A stretch of 64,000 nt of DNA. It comes from Proteromonas lacertae (Eukaryota). The translations under genes were made by a program, and so were the position numbers. Where the stretch lies: positions 1 through 64,000 of the forward strand of contig NGBS01000018.1 in NCBI GenBank assembly GCA_002245135.1, in the 5' to 3' direction. The first letter of the stretch is position 1. Every line of letters begins with the position of its first letter. The notes under the pieces were generated by a model. The model was not told where the DNA came from. It worked only from the letters and a program-made list of their open reading frames with translations, and made no database searches. Below are positions 12,772 through 25,662 of the stretch, one piece after another.

Positions 12772-15700
12772 ATGCAATTTACAGATACAGAATACGATTT
12801 AGAAAGATGCGATAAATTTTTATCACCACTTTATTGGAAGGATATCAACCTACAATCAATCATATACACAAACACTTCATCTGAGTTTTTAAAACTATAT
12901 GTATAACAATGTTTAAAATGAATATATTCTAGAGATGCACTAAAGATCACTCAACCTATCTTGATACCGAAGAACTTCATGTAGGTGACAAATTTGGACC
13001 ATCTTGGTCTCATCATTGGGTTCATGTTAAAATTGATGTATAATATAATATAGTAAATGCATTTAGATACCAAATGATGAAAAATGGGTGAATAAAGAAT
13101 TACACTTTGCTTGGAATAGTAATTCTGAAGTACTAATATTCAAAAACGGTGTTCCTGTGCAAGGTTTAACTGGTGGAGAAAAAGAAAATCATCGTCATAT
13201 TTACATATTAACAAAAAATAGTAAAGGAAATGAAAAATTCGAATTATATTTGGAAGTTAGTTGTAATGGTTTAAGTGGTATAGGAAATGAATATATGATA
13301 TCTGCACCAGATCCAGATAGATATTACCCACTTGAAATAGCTGAAATAAAAGTGTTTAATCCAAAAGGATATAAATTATATATGAATTTCTTAACTCTCT
13401 ACGAAATAGCTAAAAACAACTTAAGCACTTCAACAATAACAAAACAATCGTTAAATATATGTAATTATGTAATGAACAATATAATCATAAAAGAAAATGG
13501 TAATAATTATGATGAAATGATAGAAATAACGGATAAATTTTTACATAGAAATAGGATAGAGAATAAAGAATGTATTTATGCAGTAGGAAATTGTCATATT
13601 GATTCAGCTTGGTTATGGAGATTTTGTGAAACAATAAAGAAAGTAGCAAGAAGTTATTCAACAGCATTGGAACTAATGCAATATTATGAAGATTATAAAT
13701 TCACAGCATCACAAATTCAACATTTAGAATGGATGGAAGAATATTATCCTGAATTGTTTCAAAAAATAAAAGAAAAAATAAAGGAAGGCAAGTTTATAAT
13801 AGAAGGTGGCTTATGGACTGAAATGGATGGAAATATACCAAGTGGTGAATCATTTTGTAAACAGATTTTATATGGTCAAAAATATGTAGAAGATAAGTTT
13901 GGTATTAGATGTAAAGTTTGCTGGTTACCTGATACATTTGGTTATAGTCCTCAATTACCACAAATCATATTAAATGGAGAAATGAAATACTTTTTAACTC
14001 AGAAATTATCATGGTCTTTAATCAATAAATTTCCACATAATTCATTCTATTGGGATGGAATTGATGGAAGTGAAATATTAGTCCATTTCCCACCTGCTGA
14101 TACTTATTCATCACAATGCACAATATCTGATATAATGAAATCAACTACCAATAATAAAGATAATATTATCACTACTAATAGTATATTATTATATGGAAAT
14201 GGTGATGGTGGTGGTGGTCCAACTAGAGATATGTTGGAAAGAATAAATACAGTGAAAGGTATAAATGGTTTACCAATTGTTAAATATTCTACACCTTTTG
14301 AGTTTTTTACTGCTTTGAATGATGATTATCAGCGTAAAGATGTAGTTAATCCTTCTCATTGGAGAGGTGAGTTGTATTTGGAGTTACATCAAGGTACATT
14401 TACATCACAAGCGATGTGTAAAATGAATAATAGAAGAATAGAATATTTGTATAGAAATGTTGAATTCTTATCACTTTGGAAAATATTGCTTTTAAATAAT
14501 GTTAATGAATATCCACATGAAATGATTCATAAGAATATGAAGCAGTTTTTATTAACACAATTCCATGATGTTTTACCTGGGACTTGCATTCATGATGTAT
14601 ATGAAGATGTGAAAGAAATGCATGAAAAAATAATTGAAAATGGTAATAAAATGGTTGATAAATCAGTCAAAAGTATTTTAGAAAAACATCAAAAATCTGA
14701 TAATAATAATAATAAAACTGATATTATTGTGTTTAATTCAAATATAACTGAAGTTAATACAATATTAGAATTGAATAGTCAAAGATATAATAATAATTAT
14801 GATATTGAAGATATAGTAATCCTACAAAAGAGTCATATTAATGAAAATTTATTAATTCCAGTAGAATTGCAACCATTGTCATTCTCTTCGTTAAAGAAAA
14901 GTGTTATTCAGAATATTAATCATTCTCAATATATATCAATTCATCAAGAAGAAGATAATAATGTTATAGTTATAGAGAATGAATATTTAAAAGTGAAAAT
15001 ATCATCGAAAAATGGTAAATTCATTAGTGTTATAGATAAAGATGCCAAGAATAGAGAAATTGTAACGGATAGTATTGACCTTCACCATTTAGTGTTATAC
15101 AATGATATTCCCTTTTATTGGGATGCATGGGATATAATGCCTTATTATAAAGAAACTGGAGTTGAATGTAAAGTGAATTCAATAGAATTATTAGAAGAAG
15201 GTCCATTAAGAGTATGTATACAATTGATCTATGATATAATTGGTGAAAAATCAATGTTAATACAGAAAATGTATATGTACTATAATTCAAAGATAATTAA
15301 CTTTGAGAGTGACATTGATTGGAAAGAATCTCACAAACTATTGAAAGCAGAATTTACTACACCAATTCATTCATTTAATACAAAATATGATATTCCTTAT
15401 GGTTTTATTGAAAGACCAACACACACAAACACAAGCTGGGATCGAGCCAAATATGAAGTTTGTGGTCATAATTACATGTCAATAAGTGAAAGAGGTTATA
15501 GTATAAGTATATTGAATGATTGTAAGTATGGAATGGGTACTAGAGATAGAACAATGCATTTAGTATATATTAATATTTATATCTGTTTCAAAATATATAG
15601 TCGTTATTAAGATCTCCAAAATTGCCAGATCCTGAGTGTGATATGGGTAAACATCATTTCTGGTATGGAATTCTATTAGATAATACTGATGATATTGGAA

Positions 15701-16080
15701 AAGTAATAAAACAATCAGAGATATATAACAATATACCCAACATCTATTATAATTCACAATCTATAGGTAATTCTTATTCTTTTGTGAAATATAAGTATGA
15801 TGATAATATTTATCCACAAATCTCTTGTATTAAACTGTCTGAAGATTGTAAGTATATGATTATGAGAATTGCAGAGATTAGTGGTGGATCTGGTAATGTT
15901 TCTATCGAATTGGATAGTAAAATAGGAAATGTTTATGAATCGAATATATTAGAAGATATTAAAAAGCCAATTGAAAAAGAAAATGACAATATGTTTAATG
16001 TATGTTTGTTTCTTTATATTTCATAGATTTATTTGAATGCTTTTCAGTTAATAACTGTTGCTATAGAAATTTTACATTGA
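12772..16080 (+). CDS. MAN2C1: Cytosolic alpha-mannosidase, GH38 (MAN2C1/Ams1-like)
   Basis: GNCHIDSAWLW, WLPDTFGYSPQLPQI, FLTQKLSW, GNGDGGGGPT, WRGELYLELHQGT, QFHDVLPG, RPTHTNTSWDRAKYEVCGH. Confidence 0.95.
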
Positions 16081-16194
16081 TTTATTAATTTGTATTATGT
16101 TTATGATGATTTTTTATTTTTGTGGGGTTTATCGAAAATTTCCATAATTCCCATAAAAAAGCTTGTTTCTTTTGAATTTTGATTTTTTATTTAG

Positions 16195-17235
16195 ATGAGT
16201 GTTAATCGTCCTACATTTAGAATAACTTTAAATTTTGAAGAAGTCCCTGTTTCTGTTACATTTTTAGGAATTATCGCTTTATTCGGAGTAATAGGATTTT
16301 TTTCTGAAGGATTTACAAAAGGAATAGCATTTATACCAGCTTAGTATATTTTTATATATTACAATTTCAATAGTACTTTAATTATGGATGTGAAATTATG
16401 GAATATATTCACTGGCTCGTTTTTCAATAACTCACCAATAGGAGTATGAAATTATCTGTTTATTATATTAGCTAATCTTGAGTTTAATCACTCTAGCTTG
16501 CATAATGCCGCCAATTGAACTAGGATGGACTAAATACCCATTTTTATTTTATTGGATTGGAATGTCTGCTGGTATTAGTGCAGTGAACTTTTTTATTTGT
16601 GTAATATTCTATGGTCTTACAGAAAAAATGCCTTTCTTGTATATTTAATATATATCAATTTAGAACAACTCCAATAATCACAATGTATGGTATAATAGAA
16701 GCGCTATTAATGGGTTTAGCTGAATTGTTTCCAACTGCATATATTGCTTCCATAAAACAATTAAAATTTAGAGTATATATTCTTTCATATATAACCTATT
16801 AGTATTTACCATTATATTTCCACTTATTCTCCTATATAATTCCATTGTTATACTCTCAAAGTTGGATATATCCAATAATGACTGGATATACATTCTTTAT
16901 TAGTTGGATTATTCTTAGATATTATATTATATTGAAAGATGGAAGTCAAGGCGATCATTCAGAAGCTTTTGCTTTTATTCAATTATCTCCTGAATTATTG
17001 AAGTATTTATATTTCATATTATATATATATTATCAGACCTTTATTTGTATTAATGAGTAATGGTGCTTCATTTGTATTCAGGCCATTTATTGAAAGACAA
17101 AAACCCCAACAAAAACAGAGAATGATTAATTCTGAATATAATGATGATCCAATTACTACAAGGAGAAGAGAAAGAGCTTTAAAAGCTTTGGATGAGAAAT
17201 TAAAACAATTAGAAAATGGTCCTCCACCATCTTAA
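16195..17235 (+). CDS. TMEM115: TMEM115-like Golgi membrane protein (rhomboid-like)
   Basis: Multi-exon TM protein with SWIILRYY..GDHSEAFAF..PELL and C-terminal RRRERALKALDEKL. Confidence 0.8.
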
Positions 17236-17273
17236 TTATTTTTTTTATTATATTTTCTATTGAATGGATTTCC

Positions 17274-20261
17274 TTATGCAACTAATAATAATAATAGATA
17301 AAATAAAACAAAAGAGAATATAACCATCCAACGTTTTATTCCTTCATTCACTTTATCTACATTAATTGTTTTAATTGTAGAAAAGAAATTTCTAAATCTG
17401 TTTAATTCTAATTTATCTATATTCTCTTTCAATGATATTTTTAATTCTACTAAATCATAAAATATACCTTTGTTTTCTTTCATTAATCTTAATTCTTTTT
17501 CATCCGATATAATTCCTGATAAATTTATCTTATCTAATGGTTTATAATCTTTTAATCTATCTATTAACTTTTTTAACTTTTTTTTACTCATTCCAATATC
17601 TATTCAATTATAAATATCATTATATTTATAATGTACTTTCAAGATTCAATGATAAATTATCATTAATAAATATATCTAAATTTTCACATATTATTTCTAT
17701 TCCTTCATCTCCAATTGGATTATTACATATTGTAATACTACATTCATTTTTTGGTAAAGTATTAACTAGTTCTTTTAATCCTTTAGAAGTAATTTTATTA
17801 TTGGATAAGTCAATTTCATTATAATCAATCTGCTTTATATATAATACATGAGAATCCTTCACATTTAAACCTATTTCATTATAAAAATTAAATTTTATAC
17901 TTGAAAAATCATATTTTCTATAATCATTTCTTTTCTTTTTAATACAATATTTCAAATAATATTTCAATTCTTCATTTGTCCATAATAAACATTTCAGTTC
18001 TATAAATGGATATTTCTCATCTTCTAATGATTTTGAACAAATTGATTTTAATCCTTTCATTCTAATATTATTCTCATTTAAGTTTATTCTGCAAAGTTTT
18101 TCAAACGAAGATAAATGGTTAATCAATATTTCTGCACTTTTATCTGTAAGATTATTGTCTAAATGAATGAAAAATATCAAATTATACTACTCAAATCTAA
18201 ATACTCTATTGCTTTTAATTCATTAAGTCTTAATGAAATGAATGAATTGAAGAAATCGTCATCAATATTTATATTACTCAGATTAAATACATTGCCCTTT
18301 TTGATGTATTTTATTAATACAGGAATGTCTTTGTCAATCAGTAATTCTATATGTCTAGTAATATCAAAATCAAATTTAATATTGGAAATTGGAAATTTGG
18401 AAAATAATGATTTTAGTCCTTCTGAACAAATGAAATTGTTTTGTTTAATATCTATTCTCTCTAGATTTGGATATTTATATAATTTTGTTGTTAATATTTT
18501 AATTGATTCGTCATTTAATCTCATTTCTCTAAGATTCAATTCATTTCTTTTGTTAATTAATAGATGTAAATAAGGTAACATCAATTTCAATCCCTCATAA
18601 CCAATTCTATTATCTATTTCATAATATAAAAGTAATAAAATTAAAATACGTTGTAGATTTACAGATTTCAATTTCGTCATTGGAATTGATTCCACAAATG
18701 ATTCAAGAAATTTTGAAGCAATGTCAAGGTACGATAAATCTAATTCTTGCAGATTTGATAATTGATAAAAATATGATCCAAAAGATAATTGATTTTGATT
18801 TGGTATCGTTATTCCATAATTACTAAATCCTATTTTTGTTGGATTGATTAATTTTAATACTTCAAAGATATACTCAATTCCTTCTTCACATAGACATAGA
18901 TATTTTGAAGAAACATTTATTATTTCTTTATTATTTTTATCACTATAGATATTAAAGATCATTTCATCTAAATAACATTCTTCTCTTTCTTTACATTTAT
19001 TGGTTATTTGGATTCTTTTTAATAGTAAATTAATAATTCTATTTAATGATGGTAAAATAATCACTATATTTGATTTGAACAATATCCAATCATCTAATGA
19101 GAATGGCGGATTTTCTTGATTTATTGCAGGAAATAATATCTATTTTATTATATTATTAAATAACATATACCTTTCTATAATCTTCTTTCCAAAAACAATT
19201 AAACTCTTCATCATTCATCCCACATATTTCTTTTAGAGTTTTACTACCTATGTAACCACCTTTTAAATAGAAATTTACAGTAAGAGAATCATATTTGCTT
19301 CCTGTATTATAGTACATCCAACTACTTGTTGATGAATAATTATTACTTTTATAATTAACATTATCCAAAGAAGGTGCAAGAGTCTGTTGAGATAATTTCG
19401 TAGCTCTTTGTTGAGATAAGAATTCTACTATTCTTTCCGTTTGATATATGTTTATTCTTCGATCTGGATCTTTTTCTAACATTCTATTTATCAATTCCTC
19501 TATTTCAAATATTCTTTCACCATTAATTCTTTCAAAATCTAAATAAGTTGAATGAATTATCTTTTCTTTTACTTCTTCTGTAGTATTTCCTTCAAATGCC
19601 ATTCTTAATGTATAAAGTTCGTATAATATACAACCCAGCGAAAATATATCACTAGCTGTTGAATAAGGAGGAAGTTTTTCTTTCCATAATTCTGGAGCAA
19701 TATAATTAATAGTTCCATTCAATTCAATATCTATTCTATGTCTTAGTATTGCTAATCCAAAATCACTTACTTTTAATATCATTTTATCTTTATCTTTTTC
19801 TATTAATATATTTCCAGGTTTTAAATCTCGATGAATAATTCCTTTACTGTGAATATACTTCAAACCTTCCACTAAATCTTTCATAAAACTGAAAATTTCC
19901 TAGAGACTATATAATTAACAAAATATACATCAAGTGTAAAATCTTCATTCTTCTTTTTCTTCTCATATATGATTTTCCATAAATCACCTTTTTCATAATA
20001 TTTAGTATAAATATAAACTAGATATTTATCTTTATCAATATAGTAACCAATAAATTCAATGACATTTTTATGGTTTAAGTTGAGTAACATGTTTATTTCA
20101 TTAATTGCATCGTTAAACTTTCTCTCTGTATTGATATTGGGATTTAATATTTCTTTTCGAGCTACTAATTTGCCATTATGTTCTACTAAACACACTTTGC
20201 CAAAACCTCCTTTACCTTTTTCCCTACTAATGCAATTATTCTCATTATCACTTCTATTCAT
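17274..20261 (-). CDS. Ser/Thr protein kinase (NEK-like) fused to RNI-like leucine-rich repeats
   Basis: GKGGFGKV, VARK, HRDLKPGNIL, DFGLA, GTINYIAPE, DIFSLGC; downstream LRRs (LQELDLS, IDLSNNKITSKG, NNPIGDEG). Several short GT-AG introns. Confidence 0.88.
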
Positions 20262-20417
20262 TACTTCAAATTACATAAACAGAAATATTTATGTAAATAA
20301 TTCTTTTACATAGTAATTACAGTAATTTACATATCACAATTTACATAAATTTCTATGTAAAAGATTACATTTCATTTAACTGCAAAGAAATACAACTTCA
20401 TCTATCTGTGGATTTAC

Positions 20418-20762
20418 CTATGAATTGTTAATAATTTTCTCTTTATTCTTCATTATAATTCTCAGTATCAATAAATAATCTTTTAACTCAACTATATTTC
20501 TATTTTTTATGGTCTTTAGCAAATTAATTTTTAGTATTGTAGACTCTATCTTTGACACTGTAATATTGCTAGATCTAATTACTTTTTTAATTACTTCTTT
20601 ACCATCAGCTACTACATTCACTGTATCATAATTCACTTCTTTTCGAGCTAATAATTGGTATTCATGTTCAACTAAATACATTTTACCATATCCACACTCA
20701 CCAATACATTCAATAACTTCATCTAATCTAGGATGTACTCTTTCCATAATTTCATTAGACAT
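20418..20762 (-). pseudogene. Truncated kinase N-lobe paralogue of the downstream kinase-LRR gene
   Basis: IGECGYGKMYLVEHEYQLLARKEV..KNRNIVELKDY parallels GKGGFGKVCLVEHNGKLVARKEI..NHKNVIEFIGY; no catalytic loop follows. Confidence 0.6.
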
Positions 20763-20870
20763 AACAAGGAAGAAACAAAGAAATGAAAATGAAAATAGAT
20801 TTGATTATGATTTGGATTAAAAAAGTAATTTACATGTCATAATTACATAATTTTTTAAAATTTTGAGTTA

Positions 20871-23800
20871 ATGGCTTCAGAGTTTTCTATCATCTGTATA
20901 TTATCACAATTTGTAATATTTGTAGATTATGAAATAGAATTAGTGAATAAAGAATCAAAAGAGAAGCTTTTAAAGCCATATATGGTACTTTCTGTTCCTG
21001 GTTCTAAACCGATAAGAGAATCATATGACGAAAAAATAATGAACAAATATGAATGGAAGAAACAATACAAATTCCTCTATAAAGTGAAAAGCAAGAAACA
21101 GCTAATCGAAGATAACTGTTATATAGAAATCTATTCAGGTGATATATCAAATACAGAGAAGAGTATATTTTTAGGAGATATTGTGATGGATATGTTTAGT
21201 TTAACTCATGGACCAACAAAACATAAAATCGAGTTATTACACTCTTCTGAACATCTATATCTAAATTTCACGTTTGAATCAATTCAAAAATCCTATACTG
21301 AATTTCATCTAAGTAAAATAATAATCCCCAAAATCACTGATTCTTTGCCAATACTGACCTATTCTCTCTCTGGTAGGAAATTGAGTGAAACAGTGACAAG
21401 TTTTAATGAATATAGTGTAGATGAGTTAATAAGTGATGATGAAAAAATCCCCAAATTAAAAATTCCGTTAATGATGGCTGATGTAATAAATCCATCATTA
21501 ACATTAAATTTCGAATTAAAAACGAATGATAATAATGAGTTAGGATATTGTTCCTTTGGTATTTGTGCTTTATATAAACGAAATATCGATGAATGTGTAA
21601 TTCTTGAAGGAAATATAAAGAATATAAATAATGATAAAAAGTATAAGATTCAAGCTGAATTAATGATCAATAATTTCCCTCGGGCTTGTGTAACTCCAGG
21701 ATATCATATATATGAAAATAATTTAAACATATATAAAGATATAGTAATTCAAGAAGGCACAAATTCATTAAAAGATAAGATTGATATTCCCTTTTTAAAC
21801 AGTAATATTTATAGTAATCCTTGTAATGATAGTCAAGTATTAGAATATCCGATAATATATGAAATTAATATAAATTCAATTCATTGTCATTTGGTTAATA
21901 ATATTAATAATAGCCAAAATAGTTTGAATGATTTATTTATTCAGTTTTATAGTTCTTATGGAAGTTCAAGTTTGACTAAATTAATAAAACAAAAAAAATA
22001 TGAAAGATATAAACAGTTATATGTATAATACCAATATCTATTTACCTCCAATATCAACGAAAAGACCTTATCTATTTAGAAACCAATATTTGACAGTAGA
22101 AATGTACAAAGGTAATAATAACAAGAGAATGATTATTGGTAATTATAAGTTGAATATTCATACATTATTAAGTGGTGGTACAAAATATGAATTGAAGTTA
22201 GATATAAATAATAATAATAATAATTCAATCTGTAGGTTTGGAGTTTAATGTAAATTATAAAACTACTGAAAATATCAATGTCCAGTTGAATGATGTAATT
22301 ATTGATAATTATATATGTGATAATGATAATGAAGAATTATTGTATATATTATCTATATATATTTATATATTATTAGAATCTATTATAAGGATTTGAATGA
22401 TAAGACAATACATAATAATGATATAACAATTGAAGATACTCGAACAATATTTCATAATATTAAACCATTCAATATTACATTATCATCAACAGACAATAAA
22501 GATAATACATTTCTAACGTTTCTAATTAGAGAGAAAAGTATAACGAAATATACAAAATGTAAAATATCCATTCCAATTAATCGTTTTATTCCAATTGATA
22601 AACATAAAGAATTGACTATAGAGATGCAAGGAAGAGGAATAGAAATAACAAAACCAAGTATAAATTATATATATAATATATAATAGTCACTATTTATATA
22701 AATGCCATTTTATCCAATACAGTCAACAAAGGTATTGTGTACAGTTATATTCCATATATTCATGGAGTGATGATGAATTCTGGTTTATATTTAGATGATG
22801 ATAATTATGATTATAGTAATAGATTAAATATTCAACCATATTATCCATCTTCCTACGATGAAATTGAAAGATATAATAACGAAGAAAGAGACAATAATAA
22901 TAATAATGTTGAGGAATTATTATCAGATGATGATGGTTTATTAGTGACTGTAATATCTTCATCTATTGATATTCCTCATTTTGTTATTATTTATCTAAAG
23001 AGAGAAGAAATGGAGATATATAATGAAGAGAATAATAAAAGAATCAATTCAATTGAATATGGAAGTTTAGAGTGTTTGGAATATCATAATTTAGTGGAAA
23101 TATATTCATGTGATTTGAATTTAGTAATATTTTCTCCACTTAGTGGAAAGATTGAAAAAGGGTTAAAGAGAAGGATTAATAATAATAAAATAGGGAATAG
23201 TGAAGATTTATTTTCATCTAGAAGATTCGTATATATATATATATATATATCTTATATCGTATTTATTAATATATAGACATTGATGGAGAATAAAGAATCA
23301 GAAAAAGAAGATCGATTTGTTAATCGTTCAATTATGACTTCCATCATTGAAAGAAATGATAAAAGTAAATATTTACATGTAAGATCACTGAGTTATGAAA
23401 CATTAAACTTTTTAGATTCACAGAATTCTATTTTAGATTTAGAACCCAAAGGAAAAGACAAGAATAAATCAAATGAAGATAATGATGACGATGATTCTGA
23501 GAATATGAATATTCCATATTTAGTTTGTGAAGAATGTGGTAAATTCATCCAATTACAATGTCCATCCTGTAAACAAGTTATTAGTGATAATACAGTTTAT
23601 GATTGTGGAAAAATAAAGTGTTTAAAATGTAATAAAACCTCTAATATCACTAGAAAAGAAGGTGATAATGATATTGACTTGTTTTGTCTGTTTTGTAATA
23701 ACATTTTACATCCTAAAGATAGTGAGTTTGTTCCTGGTTATTATTGTTGTTGTGGACAGTATATTAATGGTAAATGTGATTGTGGTAAGACTCCTAGTAA

Positions 23801-23918
23801 TGTGTTCTATTTTAAAGCTAAATGTAAAGATTGTGGTAGTTTGAACTTGGTTGATGTTCAAGGATTGAAGTGTGCTAGTTGTGATGGTGATTTGTTAGAC
23901 TTTCATATACCAGAATAA
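20871..23918 (+). CDS. Hypothetical multi-exon protein with repeated C2-like domains and a C-terminal CxxC zinc-ribbon array
   Basis: Internally repeated module (YIEIYSG..FLGDIVMDMFSLTHGPTKHKIEL vs LTVEMYKG..IIGNYKLNIHTLLSGGTKYELKL); many CxxC pairs at 23520-23885. Confidence 0.5.
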
Positions 23919-24042
23919 TATATTTTTGTTTATAATTATATTAATGATTATATATTACTTTTATTCGTTGTTGTTTTATTCAAAAATATAATAATGTAGG
24001 CTCGAATTCTTATCAAATATTTTCTTTTCTTCTTTTGAATTT

Positions 24043-24826
24043 ATGAGTAACACAGTGAATATGTCAGAAAATGAAAAGCCTGAACCTATTCAATGGATTG
24101 AAAGTATCACATTGAAATATATTATTTCTCCATAGAGATATTACATTTAGTTAAAGAAGGATTAAAGCCCCACAAAGATGGTATTATAAATTTATTATAT
24201 GTTTGAATAATAGAATATATATTACCATGGGAAGACAGTCGTTTGGGAATATATCAAGAAGAATGTAAAGAGAAAATAATGAATTTATCGTATGTAGAAG
24301 ATAATTTTATAATGAATCCACCAGAAGGAGAGTTTCCAGATTTTGAACTCTCACAAGTAGTAGAAATTGCTACAAAGTTGTGTGAAGAAGATCCAAACCT
24401 CACAAATATGCAATTAAAGCTGATTAGACCATTTAGGCTGAAGGAATATCAATTCTGGAGGAATTATTTCTATAGAGTGAATTTATTAGTTGAAGCATAT
24501 GTTGAAAAAGCTGAAATGAGTAAGTATTGTGAAAATACTGGAGTTCCAGAGAATATACCAATTAAAATACTAACAAAAGAACAGATAAAAAGATAGAAAA
24601 ATCAATATCTGTATAAAATAGAGAATTATATTATTTTAGAAAGAATATGATATTGTAAATGAAATTAGTAAAATGATAGATGATAAAGAGGATAAAACAG
24701 AAGATAACTTCTTGACATTTTCCAATTCACAGTTCTGATGAAGAGATGGATGATGAAGAATTAAATAAACTATTAGAAGAGATTGATACAGATGATGAAG
24801 ACGATGGGAAGAATCAGAAAACGTAA
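24043..24826 (+). CDS. BSD-domain protein (SYAP1-like)
   Basis: LPWED..ECKEKIMNLS..NFIMNPP..DPNLTNMQLKLI..EYQFWRNYFYRV; acidic tail. Confidence 0.8.
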
Positions 24827-24978
24827 AACAAACAAAAATCTCATTTATAAGTTTAATTTATTATTTATATTGTTATATGGTATGTAGATAACTGTTGAAA
24901 TTAGGTCTTTTTAAAAAATAGAACATAATAATTAAAAATTAACAATAACACAAAATGAGAAAAATGATTGTCTGTCTA

Positions 24979-25537
24979 TTATTCATCCTCTTCCATAACA
25001 GCTTCTTTCTTTTCGAATTTTTGCTTAATCTTATCATGAATTGTCTTATAGTTTTTGCTTGAAGGTGGAGCAATAAGATCAATGTGTTGTTTAACTTCAA
25101 GTTCAATTTGTTGCTTTCTTCTGTTGTTTAGCAGCTTTCATTCTATTCTTCAAGTACCTCTGTTCTCTAGCTTGTCTAATTTGTTGGATTCTCTTCATAG
25201 CACGAATTGTCTTACCCATTAACTCTCTATTGTATTTTACAGGAGTATGTCGTATTTTTTCAAATTCATATGTGGAATCCTAGTGATTAAATAAAAAAAA
25301 GTTGAAATACAACCCTGAGATCTTTGCCATTAGCTTTACGGAAAGCTTTAGTCCATCTAACTTTTCGTGGATTACGTTTTAGATCAAAATTCTTCCTACA
25401 TTTACTTCTACAAAAATTAAATACCTAGATAAACGTTATAATATGTATAAATATACTTTACAATCATTTCTAACAAAAGTTATTCCATGTCCAGGGTAGA
25501 TTGGCCCTGAACAGAAGTAACATTTCTCAATTCTCAT
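24979..25537 (-). CDS. RSL24D1: Ribosome biogenesis protein RLP24
   Basis: [27 protein letters not shown]|..[21 protein letters not shown] (hand translation, two short introns; absent from the ORF track). Confidence 0.93.
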
Positions 25538-25662
25538 TTTGTGGTTATCGAAAACAAATAAATCTGGTCATCCAAACACAAATAGTTTGAATGATCAAAT
25601 CCTTTGATTTTTATTTTTAAAAATTAGTTCACTTATTCTACTGTAAAATAAATAAAAATAAT

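Noticed and set aside
24105..24136. GTATCA-starting introns (also near 8425 and 46792) as GT-AG U12 introns
   Set aside because: They have ordinary ~30 nt length and no TCYTTAAY branch motif.
25307..25317. ATACAACCCTG, exact reverse complement of the left hAT TIR
   Set aside because: It spans an exon/GT donor junction of RLP24; no partner, TSD or subterminal repeats.
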